DNA of 64,000 nucleotides, from positions 32,001 to 96,000 of the forward strand of contig JBHYGA010000004.1 of assembly GCA_051859245.1 (NCBI GenBank), read 5' to 3'. The notes under the pieces were generated by a model. The model saw nothing but the letters and a program-made list of their open reading frames with translations. It was not told where the DNA came from and did not search any database. Position numbers and translations under genes: made by a program. How positions within the stretch are numbered: the first letter of the stretch is position 1; the number at the start of each line of letters is the position of its first letter. This document shows, piece after piece, positions 37,301 through 47,087 of this stretch. Source of the stretch: Gemmatimonadaceae bacterium (GTDB lineage: Bacteria > Gemmatimonadota > Gemmatimonadetes > Gemmatimonadales > Gemmatimonadaceae).

Positions 37301-38039
37301 GACGCATGAAGTTGGAACCGGCACGCGTACGCAGCGAAATCTGACCACCAGAAAAACCACCGCGCGCGACATCGTACGGCGACGTGGAAAGCGATTGGAA
37401 CACGGCCGCATCACGCGGAATGTTCGTTTCGCCAAAGCCCAGACCATTGAGCTGCGTATTGTTCTGATCTCCGCCCAGGCCAAACACCGAGAACTGGTCA
37501 GCGCCGCCGTCGGCACCCGGAATGAGCTGCACACCCGGAATCGCTGACGCCATGGCTACCAGGTCGCCCATCTGTTCGGCCGAAAGCTGCGCCGCAGTCG
37601 CATCCGCGAGGTCGCGCTCGTTGCCACTCACGTCACCCACGGTATCACCGCGCGTTGCGGCCGCACGTGTGGTCACGGTCAGCGCATCGAGGTTCACGGC
37701 CGCCGGCGCCATGCGCGCGTCGGCAATCAGGATTTCCTGATCGGCGGTGCGCTTGACCTGATAGCGGCGCGGCGTGAGACCGATGGCATTAAAGCTCACC
37801 CAGTAATCGCCCTCACCACCTGGGAACGAGATGGTATAGCGACCATCGCGGCCCGAGGTGACTCGACGGCTGACCTGGCCGGTGAGCGTGGTGGCGGTCA
37901 CCGTCACGTTGGGAATACCTTGGCCATCCGGGCCCGTGATGCGTCCGCGGATGATATCGACGCCCTGAGCGGCTAGCGGTGACGCAAAGCCGAGGACGAG
38001 AAGCAGGGCCCCGAGGGCCAGAGATCGTAGAGTATGCAC
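34305..38039 (-). CDS. Oar/TonB-dependent-receptor-like outer-membrane protein with N-terminal carboxypeptidase-regulatory-like domain
   Basis: IRGRITGPDG..IPNVTVT, plug-like region with YDVARGGFSGGQI, SPRVGFSW, GDVNGD..SND; long amphipathic beta region. Confidence 0.8.
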   Translation of the reverse strand: MHTLRSLALGALLLVLGFASPLAAQGVDIIRGRITGPDGQGIPNVTVTATTLTGQVSRRVTSGRDGRYTISFPGGEGDYWVSFNAIGLTPRRYQVKRTADQEILIADARMAPAAVNLDALTVTTRAAATRGDTVGDVSGNERDLADATAAQLSAEQMGDLVAMASAIPGVQLIPGADGGADQFSVFGLGGDQNNTQLNGLGFGETNIPRDAAVFQSLSTSPYDVARGGFSGGQISLRTRAGSNFMRRSLSSNLVAPSLQWTDRAAAATGQQYTNISLGGSASGPISFDRLFYNGSFQFDRRLNDLQTLLNTNSLGLNTAGVAVDSVARFLDILGGQGLPANIAGFPGQTIRTSGSMLTSFDFTPLNSARGNTYSLALSGNFNRSVPAGGGGGFGGGGGTALSTPTRQGKSLSYSGSLQLRQSGLLGWFGALTETSFGASISRSGQDPFAFLPAASVRVNSTLENGTGSVRNLSFGGSPNSNTQSGNSNLGLVNTISLFSNDNRHRVKLTSELRYESYWQDFTTNELGTFSFNSLADLEAGIPASYTRQLAPRRRNGSQVVGAMSLGDAWRPVNDVQIQYGVRVDGNKFLMGPTANPLVQSAFNLDNAAVPNRFYVSPRVGFSWTYGTDAQVAFIPGMVRAPRAVVRGGIGIFQNTPNTQLIQGAIDNTGLASGLQQLTCFGEAAPSPNWSDYQVDVGTIPNTCADGTNGTVFSNSNPNVTLFGNNFNAQRSLRTNLQWAGAILGNRFRSSIDATYSRNLAQTGSIDLNFPGVQQFLLASEGNRPVYVSPSVIVPTTGQTAWREARVVDAFGRVTQQTSGLTSESKQITISLSPVAFNSALSWNANYVLADVREQFYGFSSTVGDPMSREWGPGNFSRHAFQFNVSRQFFERVTIRYGMNFRSGTPYTPRIAGDVNGDSYSNDRAFIFDPARAADPALAAGMEALLASTTGEARECLLSQLGKLAARNSCKRPWSSGGSLFISFNSIKVGLPQRANLSLNVQNPLGGLDRLVNGEENLKGWGQTPIADDQLLYVRGFNPLTKEYSYEVNERFGNTRPQQNAVRSPTSITASLTFDIGPTRERQTLMQTLDRGRTRPGNKPSAQQLRGTVSAGLLNPMAQILQQSDTLKLTRKQADSLATLNRWYVLKSDSVWAPIAREFAELPDRFNHDIAFNKYRKGREQSVDMLLRIVPEIKSLLSEEQYRLLPAQLAAFMDARSLRAIRSGTAGGGGGGGFGGGGGGGRGGR

Positions 38040-38203
38040 GGACGATTGGACGAGGACTTCGGCTGAGCGTTAAGGCATCTGGAAAAAGGTTCCGCTCAGC
38101 GCGTACGCAGCAGACGCAGACCACCCGCAAATCGTTGGGAGGCTTGCACTTCGCCGTTTTTCGTCCCCGCTGACATGCCGTTCGTCCCGCGGCATGTCCC
38201 GAC

Positions 38204-38935
38204 TCAGGCTCGGGGCGCTCGAGGCTCCAATTCCGAGCTGACATCCGACCCGGCACGCAGCATCTGCGTTCCCGTCTCACTGAAGCATGGAGCGGGGTGC
38301 GGGCCACGAAGCGAAATCTGAGCTCCCGCCACCTCCAGCCAGTTCCCTTCTGGCAGGCCGATCACACGCGACGTTGGGTTCAGCACCAGAAACTCCGCCA
38401 ATCGCTCTCGACGCGTCTCACCCCGAAAGCCGGGCGGATGCGCGTCGGTGAAGTGCGCGTTGATCTGAAAGTCGACCAACCCGAGCGCCGCGAAACCGTG
38501 TGGTGCGACGATGGGCATGTCGTTCGTGGTACTGATCGTTGGTCCGGCCACCACCGAGCCCGCGCTCCATCCTATATAAGGAACACCGAGCGCGACGCGG
38601 CTGCGGATGACCGCAAGCAGGTCGTGATACTGCAGGCGTTCGAGCAGCCGGAACGTGTTACCGCCTCCGATCACAATGCATTCGGCGCTGTGCACCGCAT
38701 CGCGCGGATCGGACGATTCGTGCACCGACTGCACGGTTACCCCGAGCCGCGCGAAAGCGGTGCGCACAAGCGCCGTGTATGCGTCGGCACTGATGGTGAC
38801 ACCGGCGTAGGGCACGAAGAGCGCGGATTGGGCCGTTCCCAGATGCGCACCGATGGCATCACGCGCGTGCTCCAGAAACCCGCCCTCGGCGTTTCGCGAA
38901 TTCGACAGGAGCAGCAGCTTGCGTAGTTGCGACAT
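38204..38935 (-). CDS. pepE: Dipeptidase E (S51)
   Basis: LLLLSNS, FVPYAG, GGGNTF, GWSAG, TTNDMPI, INAHF, GETR..R..EF. Confidence 0.95.
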   Translation of the reverse strand: MSQLRKLLLLSNSRNAEGGFLEHARDAIGAHLGTAQSALFVPYAGVTISADAYTALVRTAFARLGVTVQSVHESSDPRDAVHSAECIVIGGGNTFRLLERLQYHDLLAVIRSRVALGVPYIGWSAGSVVAGPTISTTNDMPIVAPHGFAALGLVDFQINAHFTDAHPPGFRGETRRERLAEFLVLNPTSRVIGLPEGNWLEVAGAQISLRGPHPAPCFSETGTQMLRAGSDVSSELEPRAPRA

Positions 38936-38952
38936 CGTGTGGCGTGCCTCAG

Positions 38953-39543
38953 TCAGACGGGCGGAATGTGCGCGCGACTTGGCGCATGCGGCGCTTCATA
39001 CGCTGTGATGCGATCCAGCAAGCGGTTCACGTTGTCGTCGATGATGAGCATGTCGTGATGCGACGAGCGCACAAAACCTTCGGCAAACGCGTGGTCGAGG
39101 AATGCACCGAGCTGGTCGTAGTAGCCGGCCACATTCAGTAGCGCACACGGTTTGGCGTGAACGCCAATCTGCGCCCACGTCCACGCTTCGAACAACTCCT
39201 CCATCGTGCCGATGCCGCCCGGCAACGCAATGAAACCGTCGCTGAGCTCGGCCATGGTCGCCTTGCGCTCATGCATGGTGGCAGTGATGTGCAGCTCCGT
39301 CAGTGACTCGTGCGCCAACTCCCGATCGCGCATGAATGCGGGCAGCACGCCAATCGCGCGGCCGCCAGCGTTCAGCGTGGCATCGGCAACGGCACCCATG
39401 AGGCCCACTCGCGCGCCGCCGTACACGAGCGCAATGTTGCGTTGCGCCAAGGCCTCGCCGAGCGCACGCGCCGTCTCACGGTAAAGTGGGTGGCGACCGT
39501 CACGCGAGCCGCAGTACACGCAGAGCGCCTTCACTTCGTGCAT
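38953..39543 (-). CDS. LOG-family nucleotide phosphoribohydrolase
   Basis: VYCGS, LVYGG...GLMG, MHERK and PGGIGTMEE motifs. Confidence 0.93.
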   Translation of the reverse strand: MHEVKALCVYCGSRDGRHPLYRETARALGEALAQRNIALVYGGARVGLMGAVADATLNAGGRAIGVLPAFMRDRELAHESLTELHITATMHERKATMAELSDGFIALPGGIGTMEELFEAWTWAQIGVHAKPCALLNVAGYYDQLGAFLDHAFAEGFVRSSHHDMLIIDDNVNRLLDRITAYEAPHAPSRAHIPPV

Positions 39544-39688
39544 ATTATTTCACGGGTGGTGGAGGGTGATTGGGCAACGCGCGAATATCAACCGGAACGC
39601 GATCATGCGACATTGGAAGCTCGCACCTGTACACATATTTCGTGAAGGGCTCAGCGCGGAGCGGCGTCGCGCCTTGTCGCGCCGCGTC

Positions 39689-40924
39689 ATGTCCCGCCGC
39701 GCGAACGCTGCCTTGCTGATTCCGCTGGCCGCGCTCGGCGCTTGCGCCGGCACACCAGACACGCCATCGCGCGCCGTCGAGATCGCACCGATTGGCACGG
39801 TAGACGTGAGCGAGGTGCAGTTCCCCGGTGCCAGCACGCCGAATCTTGTGGTGGCGCCGAACGGTGCCGTGCATCTCACGTTCTCTGAGCGCGTCGACAG
39901 CACGACCAGTGCGCTGCGGTTTGCCACGTGGGAGAATGGTTTCTGGCGCGCACCGCGCGACATTGCACGCGGACTCGATTTTTTTGTGAACTGGGCGGAT
40001 TTTTCCAGCATGGCCGTGCTGGAGAACGGCGATCTTGCCGCGCACTGGCTGGAGCGCGAAGGCAAAGGCACATACGCGTACGGCGTGCGCATTGCCCGCT
40101 CACGCGACGGTGGTGAAACGTGGGAGACAGCGCGCACACCGCACGCGGACGGGCTGCTCGCTGAGCACGGGTTCGTTGCCCTGTGGCCCGTGGGGAATGA
40201 TGCGGTTGGTGCGGTGTGGCTCGATGGCCGCAAAACAGCCATGAAGGACAGCGCGCGCGAAATGACCCTGCGCACCGCAACGATCGGCCGCGAGACGGCA
40301 GCGATTCCCGAAGTGTTGCTCGACGCCCGCGTGTGTGATTGTTGTCAAACGAGCAGTGCGCGGGCGCGAAGCGGTCGTGTGATTGTGTACCGTGATCGCA
40401 CTGAGAATGAAGTGCGTGATATTGCGATTGTGCGTGAGCAGAACGGCGCGTGGAGTGAACCCGCGATTGTGCACAACGACAACTGGGTGTTTGACGCGTG
40501 TCCGGTGAACGGTCCCAGCGTGGCTGCGATTGGCGATACGGTCGTGGTGGCGTGGTTTACCGGGGCGCAGGACACCGCGCGTGTGCGCGTGGCAACGAGC
40601 ATTGACGGTGGGCAGTCGTTTGGCGCGCCGGTGCGCATCGACGATGGTGATCCACTCGGCCGTGTAACGGTACTGCTCGACGACGACGCGTTGCCGATTG
40701 TGCTGTGGATGGAACGAGTCACGGCTGATAGTGCGGCTGTTCGCGTGCGCCGTGTTGGACGGGATGGGTCATTGTCTGCTGCAACGACCGTGTCAGCGGG
40801 CGCCGGCAGCCGACGCAGTGGATTCCCGCGCATGGTACGCTCAGGTGATGCGCTGCTCTTTGCGTGGACGGTGCCGGGGGACAGCGTGCGCGTGCGTGTT
40901 GGTCGGGCGGCACTTCAGCCGTAG
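39689..40924 (+). CDS. BNR/Asp-box (sialidase-like) lipoprotein
   Basis: Asp boxes SRDGGETW and SIDGGQSF; NWADF, VCDCC and CPVNGP motifs; lipobox LGA-C. Confidence 0.8.
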   Translation: MSRRANAALLIPLAALGACAGTPDTPSRAVEIAPIGTVDVSEVQFPGASTPNLVVAPNGAVHLTFSERVDSTTSALRFATWENGFWRAPRDIARGLDFFVNWADFSSMAVLENGDLAAHWLEREGKGTYAYGVRIARSRDGGETWETARTPHADGLLAEHGFVALWPVGNDAVGAVWLDGRKTAMKDSAREMTLRTATIGRETAAIPEVLLDARVCDCCQTSSARARSGRVIVYRDRTENEVRDIAIVREQNGAWSEPAIVHNDNWVFDACPVNGPSVAAIGDTVVVAWFTGAQDTARVRVATSIDGGQSFGAPVRIDDGDPLGRVTVLLDDDALPIVLWMERVTADSAAVRVRRVGRDGSLSAATTVSAGAGSRRSGFPRMVRSGDALLFAWTVPGDSVRVRVGRAALQP

Positions 40925-40954
40925 CAACACGCACGCGGTGATTCTCGCCGCGGT

Positions 40955-43018
40955 TTAGAAGATTGCGTATTCTGGCGCCACCGTGGCGGCTCTTGCAGCA
41001 CGACCAGTGCCGCGCGATGCCGTGCCGCGCGAAGCCGTACCACGCGCATTCGGCTTAGCTGAAAGCTCAAATGCTCCCACCAGCTCGTTCATGGTCTCGG
41101 CCTGACTGGCGAGTTCTTCGGCCGCGCTCGCAGACTCTTCGGCGTTCGCGGCCACCTGCTGCGTCACGCCATTCATTTGTTCGATCGCCTGACTGATCTG
41201 CTCAATGCCCACGCGCTGTTGTTCGCTGGCCGAGGAGATTTCGGTGACCATCGTGCCAACCTGTTGTACCTGGCCATCAATCGCTTGCAACTGTGCGAGT
41301 ACGGCATCGTTCAGCGTGACACCGGCCTCCGCATTCTCCACCGCATTCTGAATCAGGTCAGCAGTCTGACGCGCGGCTTCGGCACTTCTTTTGGCGAGGC
41401 TGCGCACTTCTTCTGCGACCACGGCGAAACCGCGTCCACTGTCACCGGCTCGCGCGGCTTCAACCGCCGCGTTGAGCGCAAGCAGATTTGTCTGGAATGC
41501 AATCTCGTCAATCGTTTTCACAATGCGCGCCGTGTCATCACTGGACTGCTTGATGCGCCCGATTGCGGCCGTGAGCTGCTGCATGGAATGCACGCCTTGT
41601 TCGGACAGTTTGCGTGCGTCGTCGGCAAGCAACTTCGCTTCGCCGGAGGCCGCGCTGTTCTGTCGGGTCATGGAGCTCAGCTCGGTGAGACTCGACGCCA
41701 CTTCTTCGAGACTGCTCGCCTGCTCCGAAGAACTGGAGGCAAGGCTCTGACTTCCGTCCGCAATCTGCGCGGACGCGGCATGTACCTGTGTCGCGGCAGA
41801 CTGTACGTCACCGAGCGTGCGATCGAGTGCGGTGGCGGCGGTATTGAGCGCGCGTGCCAGCGCCGCGTGATCACCGTGATAGTGTTCCGGCATGCGCGCT
41901 GACAAGTCACGATCAGCGAGACGTTCCAGCGTGGTGCGCGCCGCGTTCACCGGTTCGAGCACAGCATCCAGCGTTGCGTTCATTCCTGCCACAAGATCAC
42001 GGAACGATCCGGTAAACTGATCTGCTGGCGCACGAACTGCCAGGCGACCGGTTGCTGCCGCGTCGGTCAGCGCCGCGGTTTCAGAATTCAGGCGGAGCAA
42101 TGTGCCGCGCAGCTGCACCATCGCGTTGCCGAGCACGTCTGCTTCACCGCGAACTTCAACGGTGCTCGTAAGCTGACCACGCGCCATTTCGCGTGCTGTT
42201 TCGGCAAGGGTTTGCTCGGCTTTCGCCATGGACTGCATGGCACCGGCAAGCGCCGCGACTTCATCACGCGCTGAGCCGCTCTCGATCGACACACCGGCGT
42301 CTCCCAAGGCGAGACGGTGTGCCGCTTGCGTCAGCTGCGCGAGTGGCGACGTGATGCTTGCGTAAATCGAGCGGGCAAGCCACGCGCCCGTAACCGCGGC
42401 AACCAGCCCGAATGCCGCGATGATCCACAGGCCGAGTGCGGCCGCAGCTTCGGCGCGGCGCGCTTCTTCGGCAACGAGTGCGTCCTTTGCTTTAATGAAG
42501 TTGGTGATGGCGCCGAGGTATGCGTCGAGCGACGGAAGCACTTCATCGTTGAGCATCGCATTTGATCGTTCGATGTCACCGAGCGCCCGCACCGCCGCCG
42601 CAGAATCGAACGCCGCAGCGTGGGCCTTCCGCAGCGCAACAATCTGCGTGACGGCGCGAAGACTCGCCGTGTCTGCGGCAATGCCTCGCACGCTGTCGCC
42701 TTGCAGCAACGAATCGATCAGTGTATACGCTTCGTTGATGTGCTTGCGGCCTTCGGCGACCTGAGCCGTCGCGCGCTCCGCCACTGGTCCGTCTGGCACC
42801 GCAAAGAGGGTGAGCTTGGCGCGCGCCGTCGAGTTCACCGCATCGATCAGTTGGTTCGCCGCTTTGGCTTTGTTGGCCACTTCAACGGTGGCAACGTGAA
42901 TCGTTTCACGGAGCGATTGTACTCGGATTGCAGCGACCGTCGCGATGATCACGATAAAGGCGATCAAGGCACCGAATCCGGCCATCAGACGCGTACGAAC
43001 AGTCATGGAGCGCAGCAT
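40955..43018 (-). CDS. Methyl-accepting chemotaxis protein
   Basis: Two TMs flanking a helical periplasmic sensor, HAMP domains, and signalling core [35 protein letters not shown]. Confidence 0.97.
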   Translation of the reverse strand: MLRSMTVRTRLMAGFGALIAFIVIIATVAAIRVQSLRETIHVATVEVANKAKAANQLIDAVNSTARAKLTLFAVPDGPVAERATAQVAEGRKHINEAYTLIDSLLQGDSVRGIAADTASLRAVTQIVALRKAHAAAFDSAAAVRALGDIERSNAMLNDEVLPSLDAYLGAITNFIKAKDALVAEEARRAEAAAALGLWIIAAFGLVAAVTGAWLARSIYASITSPLAQLTQAAHRLALGDAGVSIESGSARDEVAALAGAMQSMAKAEQTLAETAREMARGQLTSTVEVRGEADVLGNAMVQLRGTLLRLNSETAALTDAAATGRLAVRAPADQFTGSFRDLVAGMNATLDAVLEPVNAARTTLERLADRDLSARMPEHYHGDHAALARALNTAATALDRTLGDVQSAATQVHAASAQIADGSQSLASSSSEQASSLEEVASSLTELSSMTRQNSAASGEAKLLADDARKLSEQGVHSMQQLTAAIGRIKQSSDDTARIVKTIDEIAFQTNLLALNAAVEAARAGDSGRGFAVVAEEVRSLAKRSAEAARQTADLIQNAVENAEAGVTLNDAVLAQLQAIDGQVQQVGTMVTEISSASEQQRVGIEQISQAIEQMNGVTQQVAANAEESASAAEELASQAETMNELVGAFELSAKPNARGTASRGTASRGTGRAARAATVAPEYAIF

Positions 43019-43029
43019 TTCTTGTGTGT

Positions 43030-44553
43030 TCAGAACGTATAGGAGGTGCCCACGAAGCCCCAGCGCATCGTGGTATGAGGTGTTGACTGTTCCTTCAAAA
43101 ACTCACCTGGCAGCACCCAGGCATATCCGGCGATCACGCGCAGCTCGCGCGTAACCTTGAAGCTGCTGGTCAGGTCGATTTCATCGGCCACGTGTCGTGC
43201 GTCCGAGTTGCCGGCAGCGCGCCACAGCGCGTTCTGCTTGTTGTAGACACCGTCGGTGAGTTCACGACGATCGAATCGATGATACGCGGCGCGCAGGGCA
43301 GCTCGGCCAAACGGGTCAGCGGTTGCCACGATGCGCATCTCGCGCACATTCGGCCGACCCACAACGTCGGCATATCCACCGTGCGCGTGTGCCGCGGGCA
43401 CGAGCGAATGAAACGCTTCGGTGCGACCATCGTTGCGCGACCGATCACCGCTGGCCCAGTCCGTGGCGATCAACACTGCCGGAGCGCTCCAGGCACGACG
43501 CCACTGCACCTGCGTCTCCGCAACGGCAAACCACGCTCGCAGTGTTTCTGCGCCAACAGTTCCGCGTTGAATGGCACCCTCGCCTTCCACCGTCAGCTGC
43601 GGACTGCCCGCCCCAGGAAGTGCGCGCTTCCACACGGAGCGGCCACCAAATGTCAGACGGCGCTGCGAACGTGTCCCCTGTACATCGAGCTGATAGTGAT
43701 AGAGCGTCCACTGAGCCGGAATCCAGGCTGTTGGCGCAGCGAATGCCGTAGAACTCGATAGTTGCAACGCATGAAAACGCGTGGTGGTATCGGGCGTGTT
43801 GCGTGCGTCGGCGCGCACGACCATCGGACGAACAGATGCGGCCTCGACCAACAGCGCGCCGAACTCGGACTGCGCGCGCAGTCCCTGTGAACCGCGGCGC
43901 GTATTCGCCCAATCCGGAACCCCGACGAGTCGCTCTTTTCCGTACGCGATCTCCTGCCGACCCACGCGCACGAACGATTTGTTGTAACCGGCCTCGGCGA
44001 ACAGATTCTGTACGTCGTGTCGATCCGCATCCACCGAGCGAACACCGCCCGGCAAGTCGCGATGATAGACCTGCGCATCTCGCACTTCACCATAGAAGCG
44101 CGACCACGCGCCGTTGCCGCGTCCAAAGTGCAGATCGGCGTTCAGCGATACACGTGACTGCACGTGATCATCGTTCACCGTTGGATCGTGCTGAAACGCG
44201 CGCGATGATTCTTCACGCGCGCGTGCCTGCCCACCGAACGTGACCCACATACTCCCGTTGCTGTTGAGTGGGATGTACTTGAGTGGATCGGACCAGTGTC
44301 CACGAGTTTGCCGCTCATCCCAACGCTCGTCGAAGCGCATGCTTCGGGTGTCGGGGACTGCTGCAGGCTTGCGCGCTGCCGCAGGTGTAGCGGTTGTGTC
44401 GATGGCGACCGCGCGTCGCTCGCGCTTTTCTTGCGGTTTGCCAACCGCGGTGACTTGCTGCGCGTGCAGCGAGCTTGCAATGGCAATTAGCGCCGCCATC
44501 GAAAAGGCGGTGCGCTTTGCGCAGAAATGAATACAGTGGGAATAGTGAGACAC
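43030..44553 (-). CDS. Alginate-export (AlgE-like) family outer-membrane beta-barrel
   Basis: [23 protein letters not shown] and DWASGD motifs; terminal SYTF beta-signal; start GTG 44553 or ATG 44499. Confidence 0.8.
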   Translation of the reverse strand: MSHYSHCIHFCAKRTAFSMAALIAIASSLHAQQVTAVGKPQEKRERRAVAIDTTATPAAARKPAAVPDTRSMRFDERWDERQTRGHWSDPLKYIPLNSNGSMWVTFGGQARAREESSRAFQHDPTVNDDHVQSRVSLNADLHFGRGNGAWSRFYGEVRDAQVYHRDLPGGVRSVDADRHDVQNLFAEAGYNKSFVRVGRQEIAYGKERLVGVPDWANTRRGSQGLRAQSEFGALLVEAASVRPMVVRADARNTPDTTTRFHALQLSSSTAFAAPTAWIPAQWTLYHYQLDVQGTRSQRRLTFGGRSVWKRALPGAGSPQLTVEGEGAIQRGTVGAETLRAWFAVAETQVQWRRAWSAPAVLIATDWASGDRSRNDGRTEAFHSLVPAAHAHGGYADVVGRPNVREMRIVATADPFGRAALRAAYHRFDRRELTDGVYNKQNALWRAAGNSDARHVADEIDLTSSFKVTRELRVIAGYAWVLPGEFLKEQSTPHTTMRWGFVGTSYTF

Positions 44554-44598
44554 AGTGCGTGAGTCGGGAGCGAAACGTGTTCTGCTTACCGAGCTCTT

Positions 44599-44626
44599 GT
44601 ATCGACACGCACGCTGCGTGACTTGA
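44599..44626 (-). promoter_or_regulatory. Putative sigma28 (FliA)-type promoter
   Basis: Minus strand TCAAG-N15-GTCGATAC upstream of the porin-MCP pair. Confidence 0.55.
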
Positions 44627-44783
44627 CTCACCGACCGTAACGTCTCTTCGACTATTCGTAAGTTGTTGAAAGAATAGAACTTACACGACAGTCAGCGTTT
44701 ACGTGCAGAATCTCTGCCATGCCGGCGGTGAAACGGAATCGCCTCGTACGCAACGTCAACGACTGATGACACCAGTTCACGAA

Positions 44784-45374
44784 CTAGGCGATGTCAAGTC
44801 GGGCGAGCAGGCCCGTTTGCACCGCTGGCCACTCGTCACGAAGAATGCTGTACATCACGGTATCACGTACGGTACCGTCTCGACGCCGGAGATTGTGTCG
44901 AATCACACCGTCGCGCTTCGCGCCCAGTTTTTCGATGGCGCGCTGCGAGCGCACATTCAGAATGTCTGTTCTCAGACCGACCACGCCGCATTCAAGGGTG
45001 CGAAATGCGTGCTCCATGAGGAGCAACTTGCACGCCGGATTGATTCGCGTGCTGTGCACGCGCGCGGCGTACCACGTGTAACCGATTTCGACACGGTCTG
45101 CACTGGGAATGACATCATGGTAGCGCGTGGTTCCAATGATCTCATCGCGCACGAGATCACGAACGGCCCAGGGCAGCATGTGTCCGGCGCGAAATCCTTC
45201 CAGCGCCGTGTTGATGTATTCGAGTGTCTGGTGAGGCTCCGGTACCGACGTGTAGCGCAATTCCCAGAGCTGTCCGTCGCTGGCCGCTCGCGCGAGTGGT
45301 TCGGCGTGGGCCGGCTCCAATGGTTCAAGCCGTACCCCAAACCCCTCCAGCTGAAAGAGCGCCAGCGGCTGCAT
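44784..45374 (-). CDS. GNAT (RimJ/RimL-like) N-acetyltransferase
   Basis: VRLEPL, IGTTRY, VEIGYTW, N.RSQRAIEKLGA..DGV.R, DGTVRDTVMYSIL..EWP. Confidence 0.92.
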   Translation of the reverse strand: MQPLALFQLEGFGVRLEPLEPAHAEPLARAASDGQLWELRYTSVPEPHQTLEYINTALEGFRAGHMLPWAVRDLVRDEIIGTTRYHDVIPSADRVEIGYTWYAARVHSTRINPACKLLLMEHAFRTLECGVVGLRTDILNVRSQRAIEKLGAKRDGVIRHNLRRRDGTVRDTVMYSILRDEWPAVQTGLLARLDIA

Positions 45375-45381
45375 GCGCCGT

Positions 45382-45573
45382 TCAGGAATCGGCGGGCGTT
45401 GTTTCGTCGTCGGCTTCTTCGCCTTCGGCGCCTTCCACGTATCCCTCTTCGCCTTCCTCAGGAAGTCCGGCTGCCTTGCGACGCGCGCGCTCTTCCTTCT
45501 TGGCTTCCTTCTTGTTCTTGCGATCCATCTCCTTCTTGCGTCGCTCGAAATCGTAGTTGGGCTTCCGTGCCAC
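45382..45573 (-). CDS. Small highly charged hypothetical protein
   Basis: GTG start with GGAG upstream; MARKPNYDFERRKKE basic half followed by an acidic tail. Confidence 0.75.
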   Translation of the reverse strand: MARKPNYDFERRKKEMDRKNKKEAKKEERARRKAAGLPEEGEEGYVEGAEGEEADDETTPADS

Positions 45574-45695
45574 AGGGCAATACTCCGTTCAATGTCCTTT
45601 GTGTGAGGCACCAGGACACTGCGTCCCAAGGCACCGCGCTGCCGCGCTTGCGGTTCGTACGTGAAAACTAACCCGCGTGGCAGCGCCCTGCCGAT

Positions 45696-47087
45696 TCAGA
45701 CAGCGTCTGACAGGCTGGTGAAGTTGAAATCCCGTACTTTGATCGGCGGCATGACAAGGCTTCCGCCGCCGGCTGTGCGAACCGCTGCGCCTATGCCCTC
45801 GAGATTGTTGAGCATGAAGAGCGGTGAATCGTTGAAGCGAAAGTTCTTGATGGAACGCGCGATCTTGCCGTTTTCCACCAGAAATGTGCCATCGCGCGTG
45901 AGGCCAGTGTACAGGAGCGTCCGCTGATCCACGGCGCGAAGATACCAGAGACGTGTGACGAGAATGCCGCGCTCGGTAGACGCGATCATCGACTCGATCG
46001 TGTCACTGCCGCCGGCCAACCGCAGGGAGTTGGCGCCGCCAGTGGCCGGCTTTCCCTGCTTCTGCGCCCAAAACCGTGGATACGCCAGCTGTTTGAGTAC
46101 ACCGTTTTCAATCCACACCTGACGCGCCACGGGCATGCCGTCGCCATCGAACGGACTGCCGAGCACCAGCGGATCACGTGGATCCGATGAGAGCGTGACC
46201 CGTTCGTCGAGAATTTTCTCACCAACCTTTGTGCCGCCTGCCTTTGAGAACGCGGAGCGACCTTCGTCGGCCGAACGCGCCTGAAACGCGCCGCTGATTG
46301 AACTCACGATGTTCGCGGTCGCTTCCGGCTCAAAAATTACGGTGTAGCGACCGGGTTCAATGGCGACAGGGTTGCGCGAGCGACGTGCCTTGTCGATCGC
46401 CGCGGTAGCCACTGCGTTAAAGTCGAGCCGCGTCCAATCGTTGTCTTCGATAGCCACCCAGCCAGAGCCCGTGCCATCGTTGGTACGCGCGGTGAGCGAA
46501 TAGTTCGCGTTGGTGCTGCGATGATACGCAAACAATCCGGCGCTGTTGCCCAGCGCCGTGGCCGACGCGCTGCACACGATGTATCCGGCCACCGTGAGAT
46601 CGTTCGCGGCGCGTGCCGGAGCCAGCGCGGTAAGGGCAGCTTTCGCACGATCATCAGCGCTGAGTTCCGCCGTACTGTCGAACCAGGCCGAAACAGGCTC
46701 GTAGGTTTGCGCAGGCAACTCGCCCAGATATTCCGGATCTTCCGGGGCAAGTTTTGCGATGGCTTCAGACTGCTCGACTGCTCGCTTGAGTCCCGCGTCG
46801 GTTCGATCGTTGGTAACGACCGACGCTTTGCGTTTGCCAAACACACTCTGCACACGAATCGTGGTGTTCGTAGTGGCGCCAGAAGTGGTCATCTGATTGT
46901 CGGCAAATCGCAAATTGGTTTCGCGACCGCTTTGCACCGCAACGCTCACGGCATCTGCTTTGGACATACGCACCGTACGTTCAATCAGCGACTGCGCCTC
47001 ATCGCGTGAGATCACACTGTTGACGGCCAGTACACCATGAACTGCGAAATCGCGCAAGCGGCGAGGCGCTCCGAGATCGCCACTCAC
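45696..47087 (-). CDS. TldE/PmbA-family protein
   Basis: RFADNQ, EPGRYTVIFEP, FDGDG, TGLTRDGTFLVENG and NFRFNDSP motifs; no HExxxH. Confidence 0.88.
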   Translation of the reverse strand: MSGDLGAPRRLRDFAVHGVLAVNSVISRDEAQSLIERTVRMSKADAVSVAVQSGRETNLRFADNQMTTSGATTNTTIRVQSVFGKRKASVVTNDRTDAGLKRAVEQSEAIAKLAPEDPEYLGELPAQTYEPVSAWFDSTAELSADDRAKAALTALAPARAANDLTVAGYIVCSASATALGNSAGLFAYHRSTNANYSLTARTNDGTGSGWVAIEDNDWTRLDFNAVATAAIDKARRSRNPVAIEPGRYTVIFEPEATANIVSSISGAFQARSADEGRSAFSKAGGTKVGEKILDERVTLSSDPRDPLVLGSPFDGDGMPVARQVWIENGVLKQLAYPRFWAQKQGKPATGGANSLRLAGGSDTIESMIASTERGILVTRLWYLRAVDQRTLLYTGLTRDGTFLVENGKIARSIKNFRFNDSPLFMLNNLEGIGAAVRTAGGGSLVMPPIKVRDFNFTSLSDAV

